Origin: Marsupella aquatica | Lineage: Eukaryota; Plantae; Marchantiophyta | Direction: 5' to 3' | Assembly: GCA_973895155.1 (NCBI GenBank) | Contig: OZ316899.1 | Span: forward strand, 5,149,241-5,213,240 | Length of the DNA stretch: 64,000 nt | Part shown: piece by piece, positions 38,153 to 52,044 of the stretch | How positions within the stretch are numbered: position 1 is the first letter of the stretch | Layout: each line of letters begins with the position of its first letter | Translations under genes and position numbers: made by a program | Notes under the pieces: model-generated | Databases searched by the model: none | What the model saw: the letters and a program-made list of their open reading frames with translations, nothing else | Told to the model about the DNA's origin: nothing

Positions 38153-41100
38153 ATGTCTCTAGAAAAACTCAGCTTCGGAGAATTAGCCATTGACGGATCA
38201 AATTATTTAACATGGTCAATGGATATGGAGGCCCACTTAGCCGCTAAAGCTCTACAAGACTCTATAATCACCGACAATGGGCCCACACTTCAAGAGAAAG
38301 CGAAGGCACTCATTTTCATAAGGCATCACCTAGCTGACGCCCTAAAAACTCAATACTTAAACGAATATAATCCGAGAGTGTTATGGGATGAATTGCAACT
38401 TCGGTTTGATCATATGCGGCTAATTTCCCTCCCAACGGCGAGACACGATTGGATAAATTTAAGGGTCCAAGACCACAAAACCGTCGCCAAATACAACAAT
38501 GAATTGTTTTGAATCGTATCACAACTCACGGTCTGTGGACACCCGGTAGACGACATGGAGCAGATTGAGAAGACCTTGTCAACATTTCATGCAGCAAATT
38601 TGGTATTAGCCTCGCAATACCGAAACATGGCGTTTACAAGATACTCCCAACTAATTGCACATATGCTATTAGCGGAGAAGCACCAAATATTATTGCTTGA
38701 AAACGCAAAAACAAGACCCCCAGGTACTCTCCCGCCCATACCAAAACCAGAAACACAATATAACAGTCAAAACCAAAGGGGATACAGGGGGTGGGGTACC
38801 TTCAGGGGGGGAGGTGGACGTGTAATAGAGGGGTTAAGCCCTTAAGGATAGAAAAGTTATCTTATGTGAAAAAAATAGTTTTCAATGACCATGTTGAGGA
38901 CCTTGAATGATTATTTAAGCATCTGTGAGTATATTAAGCTTGAATCATGCCAAGGTGCATATAAAGATGTTATGGTCCCTCATCCGACTCAATAGTGAAA
39001 GAGGAATAAAACCATAAATGGATTGGTATTGGGAAAATCTGATAGCGAGGAGAGACCTACTTCAACCCCTCAAGCAAAGGTTTAACTTTGGAATTGAGAT
39101 CCAACTTTTCACAAATTTGAGTTAGACGGCTAATTCTAAGGTGAATTAATCAGTGCATTTCAGCAACAAGTAGCTCAATCTTTTATCAAGGTTGTGTTAC
39201 CCCACCTTCCAGTAGTTCATGGAAAAAAATTACACCAACTAAGTGATGGAAATTGAGGAGTTATTCCATCCGGAATTTGAACCGATTTCCATCCGGTTTT
39301 TGAGCCGGTTTTTGATCCGGTTTGGACATACCATCCGGTAGAAAAATTACTATAACTCTCAAACCATTTATCCAAATCAAGATCTGTAAAGTGTGTTGGA
39401 AAGCTCTTTCATATGCGGTTAAGATATATATAAAGAAGTCTGAAAATGGACTCGAAATGACCCACTTAATATTATGAGACTCCAACCGGTGCAACCAAGA
39501 GATATCCGAGATTTCCGAACAAATAATGGAATGAAGATTTTGAAGCGTTGTTTCCACACCATTTGACCTTCAAGATGTCTGACTTTGGACCAAGAAAGCA
39601 TGATCCATGGCTAAAGACCTTAACCAATCAAAATGGTTGGATAAGTATGAAAGGATACTATGAAAAGATATACCCATTCATTGGAAGATGGAGAGACTCG
39701 ATAGTCAAATTCTTATTACTCTGGCACTCGTACATTTTACTTACACCAATGGACATTATCTCAAGACTTCATTTTTGGAAACCTTTCACTTTGAAACCAA
39801 GAAATATGCTACTTGCTTCCTATTTTACTACTACCTTTGGAGGTATCACTTTCATGCCAAACCCTCTCAACTCCATTGATCCAGTAGTAGACTCCACATC
39901 GGTGAAGCCTGACACTTCAACTCCTGAAGAGTAAAAAGTTATTCCATCCGGAAGTTGAACCGGCTTCCCATCCGGTTTCCCATCCGGTTTTTGATCCGGT
40001 TTCGTGTTTGAAGCCCTATAAAATTTAGTATAGGAAGAATTAGACTTTGAATTTTTGCTGAACACTTTATCTCATAGTCTAGTTTCAGAATTTAGCATTA
40101 CTTTTTACTTTCACACTTAGGTTAGGAATTGAAGGGGCATACCTCTTCAACTTTTGTTTAGAGGAGACTTGTCCCTAAGTATAAGAGGGAAAGTTTCCAC
40201 CATTTTACTCAGACTTGCATTTCCCTTTTGAAAGTCTCCTTCTTTGAAGAGAAGTAATAGATTCATAATTTTGGTGATCTATGCTTTGTGTTTGGACATT
40301 AGTGTGTGACCATTCTTGCTAGAAAATCTATGGAAAGTGACTAGCAATGTCATAGTTAACCTTTAGGCTGACTGGAAATGCATACCTGAGATCATGCAAA
40401 GGTCTAAAGATTCATGTTGACTATGGAATACTTATGGCTTATTAAGTATTAGTGGAAGAAGCACCATACGAGAACTCACAAATTGCGTAGTCCTAAAAGA
40501 GCAATCTGAAGGATTGAATAGAAGAATAAGTTAGTTCGGAGTAATTAGTACCACCTTTGCCTTGACATAGGTCAGAAAGTTAATACGGGCTATCTTATAT
40601 ACATCTTTTACAAATTCTTAGATGGTTGGCTTTAAGGATGAGCTTTAGGCATCAGCCTAATTTAGTCAGACTCTCTGTTGACTCTTAATCGTGCCTAACT
40701 TAGTCATAGATTGCTAAGTGGCGAGAGGAGATGAGACATTTAAGGCTCGCCTAATCCTCTCTTTACGCCTCCGGCTTTTGGTTGTTTTGTTATAGTTTTA
40801 GAATTAATTATTGCACTGTTGATGATGCAAACATCAATACCTGAGGATGTATTAAAAACTCCTTCCACCTGACCTAAGCATGTCGGTAAAGGCTTAAAAT
40901 CTGAGATAGGTTAGCTTAACTATCTCAACGTATATTAATGCAATATTTTAGGTCTCACAAGCTCTTAACGGGAACGAATTTTGGTTGTTTAAGAGGAAAG
41001 TAATTCATATTTCCTTAAACCCTACTCTACAGGACGTTTTGCAGGCAGAGGCAGAACCCAATTCCAAAGCGGAAGGGGTGCAGGAAGCACGTATAACGCC

Positions 41101-41546
41101 CCAAACAACCGGCAATAGTGGCAGAATAGAGGAAATGAACGCGGCAGAGGGAGAGGAAGAACTAACAACAACGGCATATCAGATAAGAGAAACAACCCTA
41201 CTAAATGTTTCCGATGCGGTACACTTGGACATGCCAGAAAAGATTGTAGAGCCCCCTTACATCTAGTTAAACTTTACCGGAACAGTATTAACAATTCCCC
41301 AAAGAACCCCAGAGAAACTTCCTTGAATTACCACAAGACCTCACACAATATGTGACCGAACCCACTTCACCAGAAACATACATCACTACCTATGACAAAA
41401 ATACCACCTACCTAAAAGACCCAACCATCTGTATACTGGACAGCGGCACATCACATACCATTCTAAAAGAGAAAAGACACTTCAATCACATCACACCCTC
41501 ATCCCGAACCATTACAACAATCTCTGGCCAGAAACAAATTGAACAT
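38153..41546 (+). pseudogene. Copia gag-protease, interrupted by unit C
   Basis: MSLEKLSFGELAIDGSNYLTWSMDMEAHL (Bianca-type gag start), RG-rich linker, CFRCGTLGHARKDC knuckle, CILDSGTSHTIL protease. Confidence 0.9.
38821..41031 (+). mobile_element. Solo-LTR-like unit C (2211 bp), no family ORF
   Basis: TGTAAT...CTACA ends; TSD GGACG at 38816-38820 and 41032-41036. Its 3' ~900 bp is clearly similar to 55250-56107. Confidence 0.92.
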
Positions 41547-42249
41547 TGTGAGATGATGTTTATTTGGTAAAAGGAGAAATAAGGGAAATTTTTAAATTTT
41601 AACCCTTGGAAACACTAACTCTTATGACCTTTTAGACCTGTTAGACTCCTATGAGCACTTTAAGGTGCTAACCGGAAAAGTTGCTTGGTTGAGATGGCCG
41701 GTTCGACAGAAGAAAGCCGTTTTAACCTCCCCGACCCATGCACAACTACATTTCACTACGTCGTGACTTCCTTTCGCGTCATGTGACACGACGTTACTCC
41801 CCAGTACATCTCCCTCTACGTTGTAACCCAAAATGGGTTTACCCATTTGACTTTCCTTCCCATTTTACGTCGTCTAGAGGGTCTTTAATTTAACGTATCT
41901 CCCAATAGGGCTATTTACGTCTTTTATAATGAGGCAAACATGTAGACGTCGTCCCAGACGGTGTAACAGAATAGGGTTGGGTCGACATATAGATGTACGT
42001 CGTTTCAGACGTGGCTATAACGGATACTATGCTATGACGACGTATAATGGATGTTGGGCGATGTTAGACGTATATGACCAATGTGGGAAACGACGTTAAT
42101 GGAATCCAATTGGCATGCGTAAGGTTTTTTGCGGGAGTTTTTGGGGCAAGGCTACTGGGACCTCACTGCACAGGTCATTCATGATTTCAGATGTCCTACG
42201 GGTACGATAGTGCACAGAATTTGCAGAGTGAGATTGAAAGTCTTCAGCT

Positions 42250-42810
42250 ATGGTACGTAAGATATTCAAGGATGTCCACTGTTGTTTTCTTCCGCTAGGT
42301 GAAGAAGACAAGACTGTTCGTGGCTTTTTTTGTCGTGGAGGTGTGATAGACAAGTTTTGTAACTCAAAGACGGAATACTTGCTTGCCAATACCTGGAAAC
42401 AAGTCACAGAGCACTTCAGTGACTATCCTGGATTGATCGAGCACTTTGCAGAGTCCGTGCATTTCATCTCGATTTGTTGGGTACAGTACTCCATTCTGGG
42501 CAATAAGGAGTTGGACCCAGAAGAGTTTTTGCTGCATCCAGGGGATGATTTGATGCTGGACGATACGCCCAAGGATGATGATGGTGAGGCTTGTCCACCA
42601 AAGTTGGCTAAATTTCAGTTGTCACCGACTGAACTTGATATTGTGATGTATGACTACAAGGAAAGTTGTGCAGCTGAGATTGAGGCTGAAAGGCTGAAGG
42701 TTGGTGAAGCAGTGGTCCGCAAGAAATGGAACGCCAGCAATAGGCGTGATTCGTACAAAAAGAGGAAGGCAGATGAGGAGTACTACTGGTCTGGTGAAGG
42801 GACCCCTTAA
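42250..42810 (+). CDS. BRCT-domain protein (transposon cargo)
   Basis: Intact 186-aa ORF. IFKDVHCCF...GGVIDKFCNSKTEYLLA...HFISICWVQYSILGNKELDPEEFLL fits the BRCT consensus (GG, conserved W). Charged tail with KKRK. Confidence 0.7.
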   Translation: MVRKIFKDVHCCFLPLGEEDKTVRGFFCRGGVIDKFCNSKTEYLLANTWKQVTEHFSDYPGLIEHFAESVHFISICWVQYSILGNKELDPEEFLLHPGDDLMLDDTPKDDDGEACPPKLAKFQLSPTELDIVMYDYKESCAAEIEAERLKVGEAVVRKKWNASNRRDSYKKRKADEEYYWSGEGTP

Positions 42811-43446
42811 GCTACACTAGTGCCAAGGTCAGCTGGAGACGGAGGAGCATCATTTGCCTAGGATTGGAATCAGTTTAGACTGGAGTCAGACTCATGCCTT
42901 ATGTGCACGTTGTATGTTTCTGAGCGCATGAATAAAAAGTCCCTCCCAGGCAATTTATATTTGTAATGTGTTTTGTGAGTAACGTCGATTGAAACTTTGA
43001 ACGTCATCAGAAGAATGGTTAAATAAACGTTTACGTCGTTTAAGACACGGTAACACAATCTACGTCGTCTACTACGAGGTAAACCAAGGACGTACTATGT
43101 ATACGTCGTTTGTACAAAGTATCTACGACGTAACTATAGATTAACATCTTCATTATGGGTATAAGCGACCTTTGATTGTCTAATGATGTTGAGGTTGACG
43201 TTAATAAGTTCGAAGTGTCAATTGGCCTACGTGATAAGGGTTTACGTGCTAGGACCCATTGAAGGTTGTTCGAAGGCCGAGGTTTAATGCTTTTTAATGT
43301 GTTCTTAGCTATAAAGTGAGGAAAGAAGAAACTTTGCACAACTCTCCCTCCAGTTTGCCAGATCTCAAACGTCGAAACATATGTCAATATATATGTGGAA
43401 GGTGGGCATAGCCAATACATATAAATGGAGGGTGTGAAGGATAGTG

Positions 43447-46400
43447 TCAGTCCGCATCGTCTGCAAGGACTGATGCCATGAAGCCCTTCCTTCGCCGAGG
43501 GAAAATTGGTATGACAATGGACCATCCTCTCATGGTCTGCATCGGAACCATAATGCACTGATCCACCTGGCTAGGAAAAACTATGGTGTCACTAAACTCA
43601 GTCCCTGTGGGTGCAACTCGGGTTGTGTCCACGCGATAAAAACCACACTCATCCGCAACCATCGTAGCTCTCGCTGGGGGTGACATGATCGACTTGTGCC
43701 ACCTCACCTCTAGTACAGTGGTGACAAATGACCCAAAATGAACATCTAAAATGTCCACAACTGTCCCACAATAAGGAACCTCTACATCATCTACATCAGT
43801 CATCATGAAGATTCCAGAGTTACAAGTACTCTTCTTCATATGGTCTGTCCTCCAAGTCCGAAAGTGATGCCCTGACTCATACATGTGTGTATGAGTCGTG
43901 GCCCGCATCCCTGGCCCTCTAATGATGTTTTGTACATCAATGGGAATGGATGTAGACCCATGCACAGCCAAGAGCCTCTCCATGCGCTCCAAAGCCCAGA
44001 CACGAAATGATGCAATGCCACGACCTGCTTGCGCAACTCCCACTTGAAGCTCCAACCATGCACTGCCAAATACGTTGTCACAAGATTGTTAGAGATTTGC
44101 AGCCTTCTCAAATCCAATTCACAATCGATTAAAATTTTAGAGTACCATACCTATACATCTCCCTCCAATCAGACATCTCCGGTCGATTCCCCAACACATA
44201 ATTATGGATCTGTCGACGAAAGATGTCATCATCCAATGATCGCTTCTTGGCCGCACCCATCAATCGCAGCCCACCATTGTCATCATCTTGTGCCTCTTCC
44301 CAAGTTGTGGGAGCTTTGCTATCCAAACTCCCTATCACCCCCCGGAATAGAAAAGACACTCTGACATAATGAACCCTGTTGCCATACTTCCCTCAGGTCG
44401 AGCGGGTTGACGCACCCAACCCTTGAGCACCTTCATATATCGCTCAACCCAATACATCCATCGGGCATGGACTGGGCCTGCAATGGCAACTTCATCCACC
44501 AGGTGACATAGCAAATGCATTTGCATGTCAAACAGTGTTGGGGGGAGCACTCGCTCCAAATTGCACATCACTTGCGCCGTCCTCTCCCTCATCAAAGGAA
44601 TCTTTGACTCCTTGATCTCCTTGGCACATACCCACCTATGAGGCACTCAAAAACATGACAGGAATAAATATCACCGCCCAATCTGAAAGTGGGCTAAGAT
44701 GGTTACCAATTCAATGCCTACTAACATTCCCTCTACTAAGATTCCTACAAACGTCGCTCTGCAGGACGTTCCTGAAGAGGGGTGACTTATACGACCTTGA
44801 ATACGTCGTATGTGGAGTCTTATTTTTACATTACCTAGTTATAGATGACGTAAAGTATTAAGAGACTACGTATCCTCTCTAGAATGTTGTTTGAGACACC
44901 ATAAATTTATGGTCCCATAACACCACAAAATCCACGAGTAAGATATTTTCAACCTGAAAATGGAGCACAACTCGTACACTGTGAGTCGGAGTAGGTGGCG
45001 CTCTCTAGAATCATCGCAACAACGCAACACTGCAGGAAGCACATGCTGTATCAACTTGTGATAATCGTGGGACTTCAACCCTATCTGGGGGATGTACTCA
45101 TTCCTCGTTGTGCACCCACGGAATCCAGCTCCGTAATGGCTCGGGAACTTCATCTCACAAATCATCCCATTCACATCCTTCAGAATGTCTCGAGGCAAAA
45201 TCCAAGGGGCTGGTGGTGTCACCCCAGTACGTGCTGTCCAATAATTAAAGAGAATCAACTTGTTAGGGTTTGGGGTTTCAGGCAAATCCGGGCAACTTCT
45301 TACAAATTAAGGGTTGATCGATGTTTTATCATGTACCTGATATCCAACAGCTCTTCACAACTCCTACATTCTTTGCATCCACACGAACTCCACGAGTATC
45401 ATTCTCACCATACATGTGCTTCACCAAATTCTTTGCGACATTCACTTCAATGTGCATGGGGTCCAGTAGCCACCGGATCTTGAGCATCTGCTTGCACAAC
45501 ATGGTAATCAAGTGAAAAACTCTAGCATTATGAGAGTTGATGAAAAAATCTATACACAACATTTGATAGGTGTATTGTACCTACCCTCCAATAAGGCAAG
45601 TCCCACAATGCTAAGCGTTGGTTTACTCCACAATCTTTGGGTTTCAGCAGCTTAGCCTCCACCATCTCTGCCATTTGAATTTGAGCTTCTGCTGAAGGCG
45701 CGTTAGGACATGCTCTTAACTCAGTCTGTGCCCAATGTCTTGTGTTACATCGCATGGGGTCATCCATTGACAATCTCATCCTGCTGCCCTCATATGTGGT
45801 TTTGTGCAATAGTACTGAGTACCTCCCATGCAACTCAGGGCCACATCAAGGGCAACCTGAGTACCCAGCCACCTTCAAGCCTGATATTGTGCCCATGCCT
45901 GCCAAAGAAACCCCATCATATTCCCACAATAAAAGAAGCCAAATGAAGACATAAAGTCATTTAGCACAATATAATCACATTTGGTAAGGTTTTTGAATTA
46001 CCGGGCCCATCAGTGGTGCAATGGGTGATCATGACTCTCATGTTGAATGTCCTCCCATTGTCCGGTGCACGGGTGACATCTGTTGTTGGAGCCCCAATTT
46101 CCCACAAGTCATGTAGCTCTTCATAAGCTGGGGCCAAGCAAACATCTGGATTCTTGCAAGCCTCGGGACCGGGAATGATAGCTAGGAGGAGAACATGACC
46201 TTTTTTCATCGCCAACCATGGAGGGATGTTCTGATTTATCAAAAGAACTGGCCAAATGGACTTTGGTTTCCGTCGTTGCTTGTATGGGTTTACCCCATCT
46301 ATGGCCAACCCCAACCGAACGTTCCGTGGCTCTGTAGCAAAATCTGGCCATGTGGCATCAATGTGCTTCCATGCTGGACTATCTTGGTGATACCGCATTA

Positions 46401-47736
46401 TCCCTGCTGGGGATTTGGTCTCGGCATGCCAAGTCTGTAGGGAGGATAGGTGTCTTCGCCGGTATAGATGCTGCAATCGGGGTGTGATTGGAAAATACCT
46501 CAGTACCTGAATGTACAACAACCATGAGGGCGGCATTTCGTCGTTAACATCACAAATACGTTGACGATAACTATGTTCCAAAAATCTTTACGATGTTCAA
46601 TACGACGTATTACTTCTGTATTGAACATAACTACGTATCCTAAAAGTGAACGTTGTCCAGAACGACGTTATAGTTTCATGTTGAGCAGATCTACGTTCTC
46701 TAAACTTTTATGTTGCAAAAAGCGATGTTGGACTAAAAAACGTCGTATGGAAAGACGTAAAAATCACAAGGGAGACGTTAGGGTTATTTACTTCTAGTTG
46801 AAAGACGTACTACTCACGAGGGCAACGTTAAGGGACACAAAACGCCGTAAAGTACGTCAAAAATTACTAAAATACAGATGTGGTACAGAGAGGATGTCAT
46901 TACCTTCTCAGCAATCTTGTCTCCAATGGTATCAGGACGATACCATGGAAGGCCACATCGCTCAATTGGGCAATGGGTGAGGTCCAAGTACGGTCCTCTA
47001 TACAAGATGCACCCATGAGGGCACATATGTATAGTCTCTAACGCCAGTCCGATAGATGATAACAACTTCTTAGCCTCCCTCACACATCCTGGAAGGTTGT
47101 TAGGTTGAGGCAAGAGTTTGTTGTGGAACAACGCAAAGAGTGCATCTGTATGGACATTTGATCCATTGAAAACCCCCTGTAAATTCAACATCAAGAGTGT
47201 GGCTCCCAACCTGCATTTGCATTGAAAACCACAAAGAAACCAGCTTTTTAATTAGTTTAAGGCATGCCATTGAGGATGGTCCAATTGGGGACTTAGGGTT
47301 TATGCACACCCTTAAGCAACATTACAGTAGAAAAACTATAATAGCACCTCAGAGAAATGTACCGTGAGGTCGGGGAACCCTGGAATAGCGGAGTCCTGGA
47401 TTCAGTTTCCAATTGGTCCCAATCATCTTCGTCTAGTTCCATGACAGGAGGGTCACCCTCAGGTACATGAGGTCCAAAGTGGATGTCCACAAGGTGCGCA
47501 AAAGCATCCTCTTCAAGAATAGGTGCATCCATATCATCCTCTACATCTTCATCAAAATCGTCATCATGTGCATCATGGTACTCATTCACATCCTCGTCCA
47601 CATCCTTGTCCTCATGCACATGATCACTCTCAACATCTTCGTCGTCAGAAAAAGATAATGTGGCTCGCATGTGGAACGAACGGGCTGACTCCGTCATCAT
47701 CGATGGATGAGGTGTAGGTGTTATATTTGGACCATC
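43447..47736 (-). CDS. En/Spm TnpD-like transposase, multi-exon (Transposase_21, DUF4218 and DUF4216 regions)
   Basis: RYFPITPRLQ...DSPAWKHID...EPRNVRLGLAIDGVNPY...SIWPV; FDMQMHLLCHL...GPVHARWMYWVERYM...PEGSM; PYCGTVVDI...VFPSQVDQC. Frame-preserving exons 47736-47363, 47210-46904 and 46506-46002 were checked; later exons were not checked base by base. Confidence 0.9.
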
Positions 47737-47879
47737 CTATGCAAGACGTCAATATTAGATAAGGTCATCCCCAAATTAGACAATGTGTTCCCAATAGTGC
47801 ATGAGGTAATGAAGGTCAAAGAATCCAATATAAGTCTCACTCTGAGTAATGAATAAGTGATCAATAACATATATAATCT

Positions 47880-48695
47880 TCAATGCCAATCATAGTCTAC
47901 AAATATCTCATCCCCTGCTCGAATGGTGCGGGTGGCATGTGTCAGGATGTAGTGACTGCATCCCAAGGGCAAACGAGGGTGACTCTGGTCATGGTACTCA
48001 TGCCACTCAGCGTTGGGGCGGAACCCCAAACGCCGACACCCCACTGTGCTATTGATGTAACCCGCCAAGTTTCCAGTACGAGGGGGGTAACCATCCATCT
48101 GAGTATACCTAGGGTCCAACTTTAGTGACATGCCATACCGACCAAAGGTTGGGCATTGGCGAGACAAGATACGTCATCTATGGGCCGAATACTTTGGCCC
48201 ATAAAATGGAATCAACTCGGGCAGGTCCTCAGGTGCACAACCTTCCGGCACCATAATATCCACGAGTGCAAATAATCCAAGACCTACGTCGTCTCCCAAT
48301 GTGGATGGGAGGAGGACCCATGGCCTATCCCAAACTACAATAGGCTCCCGAACAAGCAGGACCATAGGGAGGCCAAATTGGGTTGGGAATGAGTCCTTTA
48401 TGATGTCCAAGGCTCTCCCTCTTAACTCTCTTGGTGCTCGGGAAAAAGAGGCATCAAGAAAAGGACAGTGTGGCGGCACCGTCCTAGGGGTACGAGACGT
48501 AATGGACCGAGGTCTAGTGGTGACCTCTACTCCCCTCTCAATAGGGTGACTCCGAATGACCCTCCTCCTCCTATCAAAAACACGGTCTATTGCCCTTAAC
48601 GTGGCATCGAGTGCTGATGGGGGAACTAGTGCTGTGAGCGCGCGACGTGCAACCTGTCTCATGTGGTCCAAGGGCGGAGAGACCACACACAAAAT
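47880..48695 (-). pseudogene. SET-domain exon inside the En/Spm element (one in-frame TGA at 48176-48174)
   Basis: STLGDDVGLGLFA...FYG...GNLAGYINS...PNA...HATRTIRAGDEIFVDY matches the main SET motifs. ORFs 48174-48704 and 47880-48167 are in frame; CAG acceptor at 48696. Confidence 0.8.
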
Positions 48696-48844
48696 CTGTT
48701 TCACATGTGAACAAGAGAACTTCAGAAATCAGGGAAAAAACCATTCCAACTAAACACTCAAGAAACTCAAGAAACCCAAACATGTTATATTCAAAAATAA
48801 GGACTTAATGAATTGAATAGTGTCAATAAAGGTTTATGAATTAC

Positions 48845-49363
48845 CTGATGTGTCGGGGGTACGTAACGGCCGTGGAGGCCTAAATGGCTAAGGACAGTGG
48901 TCCTCTCGTGGGAGACGACGCCCTTGCATCTACTACATGGGCAGGGCATCTTTCGGACTGGGCCAATCCCCTGAAGGGCAGCCATGGCCTCTCCAAACCT
49001 ATCCTCATCCTCCGGCATGGGTGATCGGTGTCGGGGTGTGTGGTCATCAGAGGGAGACCTGGACCGGCGGTGGCGGTGGGACTGTCGATGGGACCTCCTA
49101 TGCCTTCGTCGCTCCCGATGTCGATGATCCCTAGATCGGTACTCCCTATCTGAAGACTGATCCCAACTCCTCTCAGACGAATGGTGCCTGCTCCTATCAG
49201 ATGATAAGTCCCTCCTCCTCTCGGCTGAGTGGTATCTCGACCTCGCAGGTGAGTGCTCCCTCCTCCTCTCCCTCCCCCTATCATGAGAGCGGTACCTGTC
49301 TCGGTGATGTGCACCTCCATCATAGCGATCATCAGATGACCACTCCGATGAGCACGAGGCCAT
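48845..49363 (-). CDS. First coding exon: RS/RH-rich region plus transposase-associated Zn domain (CPCxxC...HL...G)
   Basis: ATG at 49363. MPCPCSRCKGVVSHERTTVLSHLGLHG matches the En/Spm transposase-associated domain. Phase-0 donor CAG|GTAATT at 48844. Confidence 0.8.
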
Positions 49364-49881
49364 GGCCTGCAATAGTACACACACATATACACGCAAACTT
49401 GCAAACTCAGCCTTGGAAATGGAACGTCGGGACCACTATAGTACCACAATATTTACGTCAAGTAAAACGAAGTACTTTCACTTTACGTCGCCGAGAACAC
49501 AATACACGATGTATTTCTTAAACCCTACGTCATGTACCGTACCCCACACGACGTTACAGTAAACCCTACCTTTTAACGGTGTACAGAACAATGTTTAAAT
49601 GAAAATGTCATCTAGCACAACGTATTACTAATCGATCAATTAGGGCATCGTCGTGAAAAATGACGTAAATAGACAGAGAACGGCGGAAACACATTGTTGC
49701 AAACTCTGCCGCATTCTATTCGGAAAATACCGGGGCATAGTGTCGAATGTGAGTCATTCGACCATTCCGCACACACCTCACCCCACATCTAGTGTTCTGT
49801 TCTGTTCGTGGCTCTAGTGAAGCTCTAGTGAAGCTCTAATCTTTGTGAAGGTCATCTACATTTGCTCCAAGTCTCGCCTCA

Positions 49882-52044
49882 ATGTCACGTCCAGCTTATC
49901 TGCCCCTCAGTATCAACTTTGATGCTGTGAAAGTTTCCATGGAAGACCCAGAGGAGGTGGAGAAGGTTCGAACAGCTTTGCGGTCAGCACATTCACTGAT
50001 TGATGCTTTCAATCAGAGTTGGCAATTCATGGGAGGAACTGGGACGAAGGAGTCACGATTTTTGGAATACCTTCAGAACATAGAAGAGAACGCTCCAGCA
50101 TCCGACGTTGAGCCCGACATTCAAGCACCAGAGTTCTTGCGCGACCTTCCGGGGGCATCACTTGATCCTCTTGCTTCCTTCCCGCCCTTGATGGACTCAG
50201 TCTGGGACTATCCCTCGTTCTCTGGGATGGAGCCGGATTCACAACCACCCTGTGTTACTCCCATCAAGAGCCAAGTGAGGATTCAGAGATATGAGCCTGA
50301 TGATTCAAGTACAGAGTTGCGGACACACAGAAGGCGACGTCGTTCCCGTTCTTTGAGTAGCAATAGTAGCATTGAGAGGAGACAAAAAAGGGGAAGGGAA
50401 AGGAGCACAGAGAAAGAGACAGTGCGCACACACAAGAGAAAAAGGGCTGAACGAGATTCGAGGGTGGACAGAGATAGGAGAGGTCGAAGGTCACATCGAC
50501 ATTCACATTCAATCGGAGGAGGTCATCGGCGAGCTTCTCCTCACCGAACCGTTGCTACTCCTGCCAGCAAAGAACAACTGCCGGTCATCAGCCTGGCTGC
50601 TTTTGATGCGAAGCCAGAGGTGCTTGATGAGAAGGCGCTAACGAATCGAGTGCAGGTCTGCTGTACGAAACACTGCCCTGGGTGGACGACTTGGAAGGAC
50701 CTCGTGCACAATACAAAGAAGTTTCAAGTACTCCTCAATGACATACAGGCCGGATTCAAGAATGGCAGAGAGATTGATTTTCGACACATCAGGCAGAAGA
50801 TTGTGAGTTTCCTTGCTGACAGAAGATTCAGGTGGAGAAGCAAGGTCCGAGCAATGAAATGCGAGAAGACAGGGCAGTACCGTAAGCCTAAAGGGATGGC
50901 CGAGTCGGACTTCAACTTGATCGTGTCTGAACTTGAAGCACCCCCAGACACCCCAGTAGGAAAACGAGTGCACATGGGTGACAAAGCCACTGCAGCTCGA
51001 AAGAATAGCGGACGCCTTCTAGTAACCAATTTCTGGGGGCAAGGAGGATGGCGAGGGTTCCTCGCAACCTACGTAAGTCTCGGACCCAACTTCCACGTTT
51101 TCATTTCGCTGCTCCGGTGTAAACCATAGTGTAACGTCGAGATTTTGAAATTACGTCGCCTGATTCATTCATAACGTCGTCCATAACAACGTTAACTTTG
51201 ATTTGTAACTTCATCTGAGACGTACCTTAGGAAGAACGTCATCCTTGAGACGTTACATGTACCGCTTTAGTGAAAACGTCGTTAGAGCGACGTTAACTAG
51301 ATATGCAACGCATGGAACGACGTTAGCACCGATGCTGAGAGGGTTGAATACATGCTTAGGAACGACGTTCTTTTGCTTTCTCGCAGAAACGCAAGTTTGG
51401 TGTCGATGCCGAGCCGTCGGAGGAGGAGCGGCTGTACTCGAAACGGTATGGCCCGGCAGCGCTATGGGCCAAGTTGGCCTCAGTCCCGGAGGATCACCGG
51501 GTAAGAGCTAAAGTGATTGCTAGGTTGTAGTTGACTTTAGGCCTACTCTGTGACATTAACTGACCAGAATGCTATCATGCAGGTGGAGGATTGGACTCCT
51601 CCGGAGGGCTTGGTTGCACGGGCCATCCCTGAGGATCACTTGCCAGCCAGGGTACCGCCCGAGGAGGGTTTGCAGGAGGAGGCTCACGTAGATTGCGGGC
51701 AGGAGGAGGCAGAGACTCATGGGGGGCGTACTAGTGGCCAAGGCCGGAGGGAGAGAGAGAGAGCCAAGGGAGGGAGAGAGAGGGAGATAGGGAGAGATAG
51801 GTCAGATAGACGGAGGGGGAGGGAGAGGGAGAGGAGGAGGAGGGATGACACTAGGCGACCTCCACACAGTAAGGGGAGTAGGCCAGTGACTACTCATAGG
51901 GCTGCAACACAGGCAGATACGTTGTCCCCCAGTACCACTAGCTTAGAGGAGGATGACTCCAGGTACGAGTTGTGCCCGAGAGGCGTACAACCCACTTCTA
52001 CACGCAGGTCTGGACGTGATACCAGGCGGACTGAGCGTGACTAG
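49882..52044 (+). CDS. Divergent second En/Spm gene (TnpA-like, RS-rich), probably 3 exons
   Basis: 415-aa ORF 49882-51129 with an RS-rich stretch and a basic helical region (IVSFLADRRFRWRSK...KPKGM...NFWGQGGW). Donor-like GTAAGT at 51072; further pieces at ~51388-51500 and ~51583-52044. The TnpA assignment is weak. Confidence 0.55.
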
